The notes beneath the pieces are model-generated. The model was not told the origin of the DNA. It ran no database searches and saw only the letters and a list, made by a program, of their open reading frames with translations. Positions 51,707 to 64,000 of a stretch of DNA of 64,000 bases are shown one piece after another. Made by a program: the position numbers and the translations under genes. Every line of letters starts with the position of its first letter. The stretch's first letter is position 1. Source of the DNA: Pecten maximus (lineage: Eukaryota); assembly GCF_902652985.1 (NCBI RefSeq), contig NC_047019.1, positions 7,998,001 through 8,062,000 of the forward strand, given 5' to 3'.

Positions 51707-53273
51707 TAAGCCAAACCAAACCAAACCAAACGTGTTAATATGATGTGGAGCAATACGAAGAACGAAAAGAACTACACAAATCCAGAATCCAGGCATTACT
51801 AGGGATGAATGATAAGTTATTCCATTGGCGAACATTTTCGGAATTCTTCATTTCAAAATACCGATGAATCTTACCATAGTATTGTTTTGTAAACATTTGA
51901 ACAGAATCATTTAGATTTAAGATCGTTTTACATCTCGGTTCTTTCCGAGAAATAGCGATAGCGAAAAATATTTAAAGGGCAGGCGGCCTGATGGATCATG
52001 GACGAATTACCATTTGATAAGCAGGGTAAACGGGATGAATATCTCAAATTTGGTCGCCTCTTACGATCATGCTGTAGGGTTCATTCTTTATTTCTGATCA
52101 AAAGACGATAGCTTGCGGTTAGTACAGGGATAAGATAAGAAATATCGATATTGATACAGCGTCTGCAAGGATATACTACATATGTATAAGTCATCTCCTA
52201 CAATTATGAAGCGGGAAACAAAGGAATATTCTTTCGTTAATCCACGAAGGCATTGCAAGAGAGCAAATTGGATTTTTGTTTCTTATAACCAACGCTTTTA
52301 ATAATTGTCATTGTTCAATCTGGTCTGGGTTCAGACAATTGTACACCTTGAATTGATATAGATGGAATAACTTAGTTGGTATTTTGAACAGATTGTGGCT
52401 TCTCCCACAGATTACTTTGTAACCGATTTGGTTATAGGGAGTTGATTAATGGGAGGCAATAGTTTATTTATCTATGATAGGTGTAGCAGATTATCTATAC
52501 TTTCCAATAATTCCTGTCTAGTTTTGTCCATGGATATCAAAGCATTTTCTATTACCGCTAAGTAAGATGCTGAATGAGATGTTCAGTCGTAAATCGGCTC
52601 CAGTACAACCAAGTTTTGCACTGATCTGACTGAATTGTTCTGGCATTGTATACAACGATCATAGCTCATACTCTCCTCTTGGGAAATTGCCTTTAATAGT
52701 AATTGTATTATTGCTTTCTACAAACCGAGATCCTGCATATTTGAATTCGATTGATGTAAGCAAGTGTCCATTGTTTTAAATGCGAAATATCCAATACTCA
52801 TTGATCTTATCGTAATAGGTGTTCCTATGTTTGAACTTATATATGTGCATGTATTAATAGTGCTGTACGTATATTGCTTTAAATTGATATGTTCCTTTTC
52901 TGTCTGTTGTCATTCATGTTTTTATATATATATTATCTCATCTAAATGGTCCTGGGATTGAATCTCTATGATATATCTGCATTTGACTGAATGTTACCAA
53001 ATGTAAATTTCCAAACTGATAGCTGTCAAAAGAGGCTTTTTACATTTTTGTATGATTTTAATAGATAAAAAATGGACCAGAGACAACATTTAAAAGCAAG
53101 TTAGAAATGTATGATGTCATAAATAAGTCATCGACGACCTATCGAAATATTTAAAAGTACAAACGATCTGTCTATGAAAAATAATAATTATGAAAAAAAA
53201 AACAGAAAAAAAACATCAAACAAAAACTGCATGGTGCGGTTTCAGCATAAATGGAATCTACAAATTAAAGTTA

Positions 53274-53547
53274 CACAGGCAAAATGTCTTGAGGTCAATT
53301 TGACCTGAAAAAAATATTGACCTGAAATTGACCTGAATTTGACCTGAAAATGACCTGAAATGAATTCACATGAAGAAATTTTCAGGTCAATTTCAGGTTA
53401 ATTTCAGGTCAAATTGACCTGAAAAAATCTTCAAGTCAATTTGAGGTAGAATTTCATGTCAATTTCATGTCAATTTGAGTTTAATTCAGGTCAAAATCAG
53501 GTCAATTTAACAATTGACTGAATTGACATGAAGACATTCTGCCCGTG
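53274..53547. mobile_element. Foldback MITE with 11-bp internal repeats (TGACCTGAAAT)
   Basis: TA|CACAGGCAAAATGTCTTGAGGTCAATT ... AATTGACATGAAGACATTCTGCCCGTG|TA gives ~27-bp imperfect TIRs with TA on both flanks. The internal repeats switch orientation mid-element. Confidence 0.88.
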
Positions 53548-54614
53548 TATATAGGTGTTATAATATGGAAGTTAAGGGAAAGGTAATCCACAGTCTTGTG
53601 AAAATAGGAATTTCTGAAGGGAAATATTTTAAAGGAATGACAATGAATATGGTTACTTGCTTTTGTATTGATATTTAGGATTAAACCAAGTTATCTTGAT
53701 AGCAAAGCTAAAAAAAATGGAAGCATTATCGGGGATTGGCAGGAAGAGGATACTTTGCTACATGTAGTGACACATACTTTGGCTACTTTTTAACTTTTTC
53801 ACTTTTTCACTTTTTTAGATCCATGAATGTAAAAACAGAAACACACAAAAGTTAGACCCCTACAAGATCTCGTTCAGTGAAATACAATACAATGCAGCTG
53901 CTATTGATTCATGGTGTCCCCTAAATAAAACAAAGGAGGGGTGCCAACTCGGGCCCTCTGGGACTATCTCCGATTAGTTTTATTTTTTGTATATAAAAAC
54001 CTTGAGGTTATGATAAATGTATGACATAAAATTAAGGTCAGGTCAGAGACTATTTCTAGTTATTAGGGGGTAAAGTGTGAGTGTGTGTGTGTATTGGGGG
54101 GTGTCAATTTCCCAAATGACTCAATTTTGGGTAAACTTCATATAATATTTTTGGAATCTTTCATTATAATTATGGTGCATTAATATGTTGAAAATAAAAC
54201 CAATTAGAAAAAAATAGCCAATTGTCAAAAAGTAGATCTTTTTGAGAAACCTTGCCTTTTCCCTCCGGAAAGTGGTGTCATATGACCCGCATTGAGGTAC
54301 AGCATGCATGATATTTATTTAAAGGGTCTAACCATGTCATATGTGGAGGAGTGATAATGATTTGCTATGATGGACATTCAACCAATCATTGCCTGTGTGC
54401 CTATTTTACACACCCAGGAATCTCATATCTAGTCATGACATAGTCGTTTATCGTGTAAACACATTTAATGAAGCATCCTTCCAAACAAAGATCCAACAAA
54501 TCTGAATAAATCAGCTAGAACAATCTATACACTATCTACTTCTTTGTCAGTATATACATTTGTATATACATATATAAAAAAAAATACATACATCGCCGAT
54601 AAACAAGAACTTAC

Positions 54615-54812
54615 TTCTATCCCCGGGTCAATATGTAATAAAAAATATCGCGATGCCCAGACAGATAGCAACGTCAGATCGTCACTACCGATAGCTCCCT
54701 CGCCTGTCCTCCTTGTCTCCCATCCTGCTTTGGTTTGTCAACAGTGATATCATCAGTCTCTTCCAGCCATCCAACCTGGCATGCGAAACTCAAACAGCGC
54801 TATGTGGTTCCT
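54615..54812 (-). other. Candidate non-coding exon
   Basis: GC-richer island ending in donor GAA|GTAAGT (54615/54614), with a possible acceptor at 54813. All frames are interrupted. Confidence 0.3.
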
Positions 54813-56899
54813 CTGTATAAGTTACACACATTCATCCTCTAATTTTTTTGTTCTAATGCAATTTTAACTAGATGCGTTTTCTGTGTTTTCGTTAAAGAGG
54901 TTTTGTGCCAGTCATGTATCATGTGTGAGACCCAATATTCCCGTTGAGTGTCAGTTGGTGCACTCGATTTAACTATATCATCAATACGTCTGTTTTTAAT
55001 GTCCTTTAATTTGGCGGAGATAAAATGTGAGTTGTACTTGTCTTGTCTGTGAATGCATTTTAGCGTTTGTTGGCTTGAAATTGGCTTGACTTTACGTCAA
55101 GCGAGCTTTACCAGAACGGAATGACAGGATATTGCGTGTTCAGACGTAAAATAACATGTTTTGTCCGGTTATCATACATACTTAGGAAAACCATAATCAA
55201 AATAATATCACAGCTGTTTTTATGTTGGCGAATCTTTTCTCATTCTAATGAATACGTGTTGCCTTACTCAATATAGATTTTGCTCAAACATTTTTACATC
55301 ATATGCCAGAACTTCAGTGCAGTATTTCGTGTTTCTGCACAACTACTAAGTATTCCAGTTCATTTTGAAATTTGATGTCGTATAGCATTGCCCAAAAATC
55401 AATAAGCAGTAATACATGTTTAATAATGACAGTAATTACTCTGAATAATTCATTTGTATTTTATTTAATTAATTTTTTATATGAAGTTGGACTTAATGAA
55501 ACTACCATTAATCTGTTTCATTTGTCCAATTAATTTGGCCAGGCTAACATAAATCTGTGCGTTTGAAAAAAATATGAGTGCACAGGCCGCCCGATTCTGC
55601 CCGATCCTCTAACCCATGAGTGCATTTGGGACATTTGAAAAATATTTCAATATGCTTATTTTGCAGGAATAATTCCTTGTGATAAATAACATACGTGAGA
55701 TTATCAGGGATTTGAAGGAAGTGAATCGGACTTTCCTAGATATAGATAATAGGCCTCGTGCAAAAACACGGGTAAAAATCTCTAATTTCCGCTCCAGAGT
55801 GATCATTATATATCAAATATGCCCATTTACAATCAAAGTCAGGTAAATCGTCCGAGTGGTCAGTGGACATAGCCTCAGGTAATTGTGACAAGTCCCTCTG
55901 TGTCCGGTGATCGAGATAGTCTTAACACCCCCATTAGAAACCATGTACATAAGAAACTGTTCAACCGACCAAAATAACTATATGTTAACTTTCAATAATT
56001 GCGACTGCGCCGTTAATCAGTTATAAAGCTTGTATCAAGGTCACGACCAACTCCATAACATATTTCGTAAAGATGGCTGCCAAGTTCGAATCGAGGCAGG
56101 AGACGACCGGTAAACACGGAATAGTCATTATCCTTCCGCTCAGCTGGTAGAGCGTTTTTCTAATGCATGTCGTTTTCAAATCCAAAGGCAAAATTAGCAT
56201 TTCAATTATATATCATGCTATTTATCATATTGCTTTGTGGTAAATGTGTTGTATAATCGTATTTTATCTTAACGATACAATCAAATTATCCTCTAGTGAC
56301 AGTCTAGACTTGCACAAGTTTTAGTAACTGTAGACGTGTACCTTGTCAATTTATTATAAAAGACACGTATTAAGTGAAATATAACGATTGCATGTTGCTT
56401 TGGACGATGTCACGGTGTGACGAATTGAGTTGTTCTTGGGACAAATTCAACATGAACTGTGAGTTTATATTGAGTTTGTCTCAAGAGCAGCTCAATTCGT
56501 TACCCCATGAAAGCGACCAAATCTATATTCAATCTTTAAGTGATTTCCGGATTTTCTGTAGTCTTGTATTGAATAAGTATTCATGATTCAAGAACCCGTG
56601 CAGAGTAAGGGTAACTAATAATCCTACAATATCCCATTGCCTGATTATCATCAGTGACTATATCATAGTGAAATATCCGGGAGGGCGTCTACCTTTTGAC
56701 TGATAAAGCATTTTTTGAGAAACTAAAAGTGTCTTACGGTACTAGTCGCATTTAAATATTTCTTTTGGGTTATCGTCCTATAACGTATAGTAAAACATTT
56801 ATATGTTATGCTGAATGTTTGTGGAGGCCTCTTGTTCAAGTTTTAATCTGATTTTTCATCTTGTTATCCTTGACAGCAAACAATCAAACTTTCTGCCAC

Positions 56900-58605
56900 T
56901 ACGTTTATTCGTATCTCTTAATTACCCCTCCTGGTAATCAGCGTCTCTAAATTACCTTCATGACAATACGTTAATCCGTATATACAGATAAACCTTATAT
57001 GGTCATCAGCATCTCTTTATTAGCGTTTTTGTGAATCCATGTCTCTAAATTACCCTTCCTGTCACCACGTTAATCCGTCTCTCTAAATTACCCTTCCTGT
57101 CACCACGTTAATCCATGTCTCTAAATTACCCTTCATGACATCACGTTGATTCGTGTCTTTAAATTACCCTTCCTGTCACCACGTAAATTCGCGTCTCCAA
57201 ATTATCCAACCTGACCCCATGTTAATCCGTGTCTCTAAATTACCCTTCATGTCACCACGTTAATCCGTGTCTCTAAATTACCCAAACTGACCCCATGTTA
57301 ATCCGTGTCTCTAAATTACCCTTCCTGTCACCACGTTAATCCGTGTCTCTAAATTACCCTTTCCGTCACCACGTTAATCCGTGTCTCTAAATTACCCTTC
57401 CTGTCACCACGTTAATCCGTCTCTCTAAATTACCCTTCCTGTCACCACGTTAATCCGTCTCTCTAAATTACCCAAACTGACCCCATGTTAATCCGTGTCT
57501 CTACATTATCCTTCCAGACACCGCGTTAATCCGTGTCTCTAAATTACCCTTCCCGTCACCACGTTAATCCGTGTCTCTAAATTACCCTTCTGTCACCACG
57601 TTAATCCGTGTCTCTAAATTACCCTTCCTGCCACCACGTTAATCCGTCTCTTTAAATTACCCTTCCTGTCACCACGTTAATCCGTGTCTCTAAATTACCC
57701 AAACTGACCCCATGTTAATCCGTGTCTCTAAATTACCCTTCCAGACACCACGTTAATCCGTGTCTCTAAATTACCCTTCCTGACCCCACGTTAATCCGTG
57801 TCTCTAAATTACCCTTCCTGTCACCACGTTAATCCGTGTCTCTAAATTACCCTTCATGACACCACGTTAATCCGTGTCTCTAAATTACCCTTCATGACAC
57901 CACGTTAATTCGCGTCTCCAAATTACCCAAACTGACCCCATGTTAATCCGTGTCTCTACATTATCCTTCCAGACACCACGTTAATCCGTGTCTCTAAATT
58001 ACCCAAACTGACCCCATGTTAATCCGTTTCTCTAAATTACCCTTCCTGTCACCACGTTAATCCGTGTCTCTAAATTACCCTTCCTGTCACCACGTTAATC
58101 CGTCTCTCTAAACTACCCTTCCTGTCACCACGTTAATCCGTCTCTCCAAATTACCCAAACTGACCCCATGTTAATCCGTGTCTCTACATTATCCTTCCAG
58201 ACACCACGTTAATCCGTCTCTCTAAACTACCCTTCCTGTCACCACGTTAATCCATGTCTCTAATACCCTTTCTGTCACCAAGTTAATCCGTCTCTCTAAA
58301 TAACCCTTCCTGTCACCAGGTTAATCCATGTCTCTAAATTACCCTTCCTGTCACCACGTTAATCCGTGTCTCTAAATTATCCTTCCTGTCACCACGTTAA
58401 TCCGTCTCTCTAAATTACCCTTCCTGTCACCACGTTAATCCGTCTCTCTAAATTACCCTTCATGTCACCACGTTAATCCGTCTCTCTAAATTACCCTTCA
58501 TGTCACCACGTTAATCCGTGTCTCTAAATTACCCTTCCTGTCACCACGTTAATCCGTGTCTCTAAATTACCCTTCCTGTCACCACATTAATCCGTGTCTC
58601 TAAAT
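56900..58605. repeat. Satellite array, 38-bp unit (GTTAATCCGTGTCTCTAAATTACCCTTCCTGTCACCAC), >40 copies
   Basis: Direct periodicity, with degenerate monomers at the left edge and a recurring CCCAAACTGACCCCAT variant. Confidence 0.97.
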
Positions 58606-59458
58606 TTCAATTATATGTATTAATTGTACATTCTATTATATTTCTATCTCCGACATGGACAGACAAATCGATCTCAGGAATATACCTTCAAACTAAATGC
58701 TCAAGGTGTAATAGCGTGGGAACTCTATGGGGAATATATTGCTTCAGCAAGACTTTATATGTTTGTTGATAAAACATTTTGCTTCTTTTTATTGTTTCGC
58801 AAATGTCGCAACGTGTGTTCCATTCTAAAATATTTGCCAAAAAGGCGTACTTTACATTCCCGTTCATGCTGCAAGTAACATATAATCCTGGTTTTGTCGG
58901 GAGACTTGAAAGGAAGAAATAAAGCGGCTTTTTTTACTTTATTTTGTCGATGCTTGAAAGCAAACAGTGTTTACAAAAGTGCACAGGACATGCAGTAACG
59001 ATCCTCGAGGGCTGCTATAAAAACCATTATACACAGACACAGAAAGAGCTACGTTTATAAATGGATGTATTTTGTCCGTCTGCATTTGCAAAGTAACAAC
59101 TTCAACATACTAATAATCCTGTGATGTATAGCCTTTTGTCAACATTTGTATCGGCCTTTTTACTTGCGTTACCGATTTCAACTTCTTGAACCCAGAAGAA
59201 ATGCGCAATATACCAAGAATATCCTGTGCTTAGTCAACTTGTATAATCCATTTGTAGTATCCGTTTTACAGCCAGCAGCGGTATCTTATTTATAGATATT
59301 GCTTAAAATATTGGTCAGGGCTTTATCTAAAATCGACCAAATAAACTATATTCTCGTTTACCCTGGAGTTATGATTCATCCGAACATCCATCCATTCATT
59401 GGAATTATTAATATGATAATGATGATGCCCGTTTTATTCAGTACGGGAATTATTTGTA

Positions 59459-59678
59459 CTTTAAACATGGACATTTACGCGAGGGGAGGACTTTAAGCTA
59501 ATTACACGGGGTCCTTTTGATCGCGAAAACTTTCCCCCACGCGTATTATTTTGATATCAATTTGCGAAATCTCGAACTACAAACGAAGGTGGATCGATCG
59601 CGAAAAGTACCCCAATGCGTATAGTTTACATATCGAAATCACGAAATTAACCCCCCGCGAAAATAACCACGTTTACAG
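59459..59678. mobile_element. MITE with TA flanks (Tc1/mariner-type)
   Basis: TA|CTTTAAACATGGACATTTACGCG ... CGCGAAAATAACCACGTTTACAG|TA imperfect TIRs, with internal CGCGAAA repeats. Confidence 0.7.
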
Positions 59679-60599
59679 TATCTGAGACCATGAGTCAAAC
59701 TGAAAAAGGAAGCTTACCCCTTTTAACATTGATTTTAATTCCCGATACGCAGAAAGAAGTTTTACCGGTCCAGACTCATTTTCAAGATCATTTTTTTCTT
59801 CGTCTCATAATGTACTTAAATTGATTCATACCGTTGTTTTCAGACACACAGTGCCATACAGCTAGACTGTATGATGATCTTTTAATGCGTATTAATAAAT
59901 TTGATCTAGTACCTACTACACATCTCACTGTCGCTTACTACGAATAACAGATGCACATTGAAGTATTGTACAATTCGATTACTATCTGATTGGTAGATTC
60001 CGACAGCTTCCAGTCTCATTGCTGCCGGCGAATCACTTTGTGAAGAACTCCTAATCATCACCACGTGACAACAGCTCCTGGGGTCTTTGATCTTGGCACG
60101 TCTCGTTAGGTTTCCTTCAGAACTTCGGATAAACACCTTAGATTACAATCGATTCAAAGTTTTTCTGTAAGAATTTCAAACATCAGAAATTGTATAGCTT
60201 CACTTATTTTAGTGAGCATGTAGGTTTTTTTACCGCATAACATGGCGTGCTACTAGTTTTGTTTTTACCGTGAGCTGTATGACACATGAAAAATAAAATA
60301 AAAAGAACAATTTATAAGGCAATACCAATTTATTTCTCTGTAGTATTTACACTCATGCCTTTATGAGAAAATATCCACGACTTTTTGAAAATATTTGAAC
60401 TTTCATTTCATTATCATTGGGGAAAGATATGATATTATATATACATGAACATGTATATGTAAAAGTTGACGGTTACTGCAATGCTTCCAAACTATACATT
60501 CAAGGAACTTTAAGTTCGAATTTAAATAAATGCACAATCACAACAAAGTTATAGATACTTAGTGCTGTTAGTTGAAGATTTTCATTTGCTCAATAGTAA

Positions 60600-60965
60600 T
60601 ATATATAGGATCTTTTTTTTTTCATTTCACAGGAAGTTTTATGAAAGAGACATAGAAAATTTTATATTCGCAAGTGTTGGCAAGCAACACAAAACTTCGA
60701 GACAAGTTTCATAACATCTCAAATGAAATAAAAACAATTATAAGATCCTTTTATCACAAAAGCCCGGAGGATTTGATCAAACGGAGACAGCCATTCTGTT
60801 GCGTCATTCACGATGTCATATCATTGCCGTCATTATGACGTCACAATCTATTTCTGACTGGCACGGCCAATAAAAAGCGCTCCATGGTATATCACACCAT
60901 TGTCATATATGCAAAAACTATCAGACGGGTGAATTTATTGGATAGCAGGCCGATTAGGTGATAAA
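60600..60965. mobile_element. Dispersed repeat, homologous to 15195-15535
   Basis: Same shared blocks as the 15195 feature. Confidence 0.6.
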
Positions 60966-61591
60966 TATATATCTATATAAATATAGTATTTACATTGGTA
61001 CAGGCTGAAACACATCAGTAATTCGTGTCTGGTTCCTGAAATTACTTGTTAAATTGAGGACCATTGCTATCCCAGGGGTCAAAAACGTATGTCTACAGAC
61101 ACAATTTGACAGACATTCAATTCGACAAAATAATATGTTGATCGATGATAATGTCGGTAGGAATTTCTATCAAAAGGATTTAATATTCACAAGAATCCGT
61201 AGCGAATTTTCGGTAGATTGATAATCGTTGGTTATATGTGTATATCTACGAGACCCTAGCATGACCATTTATCACTTAGAATAAATGTCGTACTGTACCT
61301 AGATTTCAAAGAGAATTGTGCACAAATATATGAGATTTGAAATTACTTGACCGGATTGGTATTTATTAATAGAATTTTATATGGGCATATAACATTGGCA
61401 AAGATATCTCCGCCTTCGTTTCAGAGTTTGGCCAGCATGCCGAGTGCTGTCCAGTCAAACTCTTTAACGTGGGTTTCGATATCATGGAACAGGCCAATAT
61501 TTAATTATTTTTCTCACATACAAAAGTTGTGATGTGTTGCTTAATGTTTTCATCGCGTATTCATCAATATCCCATGAAATATGCGCCGAGA

Positions 61592-61818
61592 ATGATGACG
61601 TTATCAATTTGCGACGTTGTTACAGTACGTTACATAAACTGATGACGTTATCAATTTGCGACGTGGTTACGTTACATAAAATGATGACGTTATCAGTTTG
61701 AGACGTGGTTACGTTACATAAAATGATGACGTTATCAATTTGCGAAGTGGTAACGTTACATAAAATTATGACTTTATCAATTTGCGATGTGGTAACGTTA
61801 CATAAAATGATGACGTAA
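61592..61818. repeat. Minisatellite, 42-bp unit (ATGATGACGTTATCAATTTGCGACGTGGTTACGTTACATAAA), ~5.3 copies
   Basis: Direct periodicity. Confidence 0.92.
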
Positions 61819-62355
61819 CACTATTGTGAGCAGCGTCATAGCGCGTGTCAACTTTCTTTCCCTATCCTGTCTGCGATCGATTTACCCCAGCCCTAGTTAT
61901 CGCCGGATCACCCTGTTCAGTATGTCAGAAAATAATTTTCTTCTCATGCATAGATCCTGTATATCTAATACAAATAGGATTGTTTGTTCTTAGTATGACG
62001 ATTTTTTTCAGCTTCAATCGCAAAATTTTCAATTAATATTTCTTTTTGTGGCAGGACTTTCTCGGACTTTGCCTATCTGTCATATACTGTTATCAAATAT
62101 TGGTTTGAAAGTTTGCTGTAAAGGTCAAAAAGCTTTGAGTGGTAACAATGTCAACACTGGAATTCCGCGTTCACAAAATTACAGTTACAGTACTGATCAC
62201 ACTTTTTCCAACGAATGTTGAAGATAGAGAATCCGGTTTGGTGAAATCTCAAATTTTTTTATGGGATTGATATTCAAAGTGATTATACATTACTGCATGC
62301 CATCCTTGATTTGAAATTGACTTGTTCAGTACTGATTGTTTTTACGTTACCGAAT

Positions 62356-64000
62356 CCTCATATAAGTAACTGGTCGCAGTAGAAAGGTTCCTCATATAGA
62401 AGTTACTGGTCGCTATAGAAAGATTCCTCATATAGAAGTTACTGGTCGCTATAGAAAGGTTCGTCATGTAGAAGTTACTGGTCGTTATAGAAAGGTTCCT
62501 CATATAGAAGTTACTGGTCGATATAGAAAGGTTCATCATGTAGAAGTTACTGGTCGTTATAGAAAGGTTCCTCATATAGAAGTTACTGGTCGATATAGAA
62601 AGGTTCCTCATATATAAGTTACTGGTCGCTATAGAAATGTTCCTCATATAGAAGTTACTGGTCGCTATAGAAAGATTCCTCATATAGAAGTTACTGGTCG
62701 CTATAGAAAGGTTCGTCATGTAGAAGTTACTGGTCGTTATAGAAAGGTTCCTCATATATAAGTTACTGGTCGCTATAGAAAGGTTCGTCATGTAGAAGTT
62801 ACTGGTCGTTATAGAAAGGTTCCTCATATAGAAGTCACTGGTCGCTATAGAAAGGTTCCTCATATATAAGTTACTGGTCGCTATAGAAAGGTTCGTCATG
62901 TAGAAGTCACTGGTCGTTATAGAAAGATTCCTCATATAGAAGTTACTGGTCGCTATAGAAAGGTTCGTCATGTAGAAGTTACTGGTCGTTATAGAAAGGT
63001 TCCTCATATAGAAGTCACTGGTCGCTATAGAAAGGTTCCTCATATATAAGTTACTGGTCGCTATAGAAAGGTTCGTCATGTAGAAGTCACTGGTCGTTAT
63101 AGAAAGGTTCCTCATATATAAGTTACTGGTCGCTATAGAAAGGTTCCTCATATAAAAGTTACTGGTCGCTATATAGAGGTCCCTCATAAAGAAGTTACTG
63201 ATCGCATAAGAAAGGTTCCTCATATAGAAGTTACTGGTCGCTATAGAAAGGTTCCAGATATAAAAGGTAAATTACTGGTCGCTAGAGAAAGGTTCCTCAA
63301 ATAAAAGATACTGGTCGCTATAGAAAGGTTCCTCATGTAGAAGTTACTGGTCGTTATGGAAAGGTTCCTCATATAGAAGTTACTGGTCGCTTTAGAAAGG
63401 TTCCTCATGTATAAGTCACTGGTCGCTATAGAAAGGTTCCTCATATAGAAGTTACTGGTCGCTTTAGAAAGGTTCCTCATGTATAAGTCACTGGTCGCTA
63501 TAGAAAGGTTCCTCATATAGAAGTTACTGGTCGCTATAGAAAGGTTCATCATGTAGAAGTTACTGGTCGTTATAGAAAGGTTCCTCATATAGAAGTTACT
63601 GGTCGCTATAGAAAGGTTCCTCATATAGAAGTTACTGGTCGCTACAGAAATGTTCCTCATATAGAAGTTACTGGTCGCTAGAGAAAGGTTCCTCATATAA
63701 AATTTAATGTTCGCTTTAGAAAGGTTCATCATATAGAAGTTACTGGTCGCTTTAGAAAGGTTCCCCATATATAAGTTACTGGTCGCTATAGAAAGATTCC
63801 TCATATAGAAGTTACTGGTCGCTATAGAAAGGTTCGTCATGTAGAAGTCACTGGTCGCTATAGAAAGGTTCCTCATATATAAGTTACTGGTCGCTATAGA
63901 AAGGTTCCTCATATAGAAGTTACTAGTCGCTTTAGAAAGGTTCCTCATACAGAAGTCACTGGTCGCTATAGAAAGGTTTATCATATATAAGTCACTGGTC
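62356..64000. repeat. Satellite array, 36-bp unit (GAAGTTACTGGTCGCTATAGAAAGGTTCCTCATATA), ~45 copies, runs off the window end
   Basis: Direct periodicity. Produces the MRNLSIATSNFY ORFs 62342-63223 and 63241-63984. Confidence 0.97.

Noticed and set aside
14832-51875. Other isolated GTAAGT/GTAAGA donors (e.g. near 14838, 16570, 33450, 35930, 40458, 51872)
   Set aside because: Expected by chance at this length, with no supporting acceptor, ORF or promoter context.
52270-52900. Decayed Penelope-like retroelement on the minus strand
   Set aside because: Only faint motif echoes (AVIENALISMDKTRQELL, VGYKKQKSNL) across many stops; not supportable without BLASTX.
1-64000. Conserved miRNA genes, rRNA, snRNA
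   Set aside because: No recognisable mature sequences were seen by eye (e.g. TAATACTGTCA at 18701 matches only the start of miR-8, with no hairpin). An Infernal/Rfam scan would be decisive.

Overview
This is AT-rich eukaryotic (animal) genomic DNA, not prokaryotic. The tRNA-headed V-domain SINE family and the repeat landscape suggest a bivalve mollusc, probably a scallop (inferred from recalled repeat families). No complete protein-coding gene, rRNA, true tRNA or CRISPR array can be supported. The longest ORFs in the track are reading frames through tandem repeats, and one (48590-48919) is a decayed LINE. The window looks like a large intron or 5'-regulatory region. It holds eight minisatellite/satellite arrays (20, 39, 30, 20, 37, 38, 42 and 36 bp units), several tRNA-derived SINE copies, several MITEs, a decayed I/Nimb-clade LINE fragment, and a few low-confidence, mostly minus-strand exon candidates. 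Four observations stand out. (1) A ~3-kb, 30-bp satellite whose monomer matches the 3' end of the local SINE family, apparently a satellite grown out of a retroposon tail. (2) A 274-bp foldback MITE built from AGGTCA half-sites arranged as two perfect IR3 (ERE) and several DR5 elements. (3) A SINE nested in reverse inside another SINE's tail. (4) Dense CAGGTA/CAGGTG (ZEB/Snail-type) clusters at candidate minus-strand first exons. I found no convincing novel multi-gene system.
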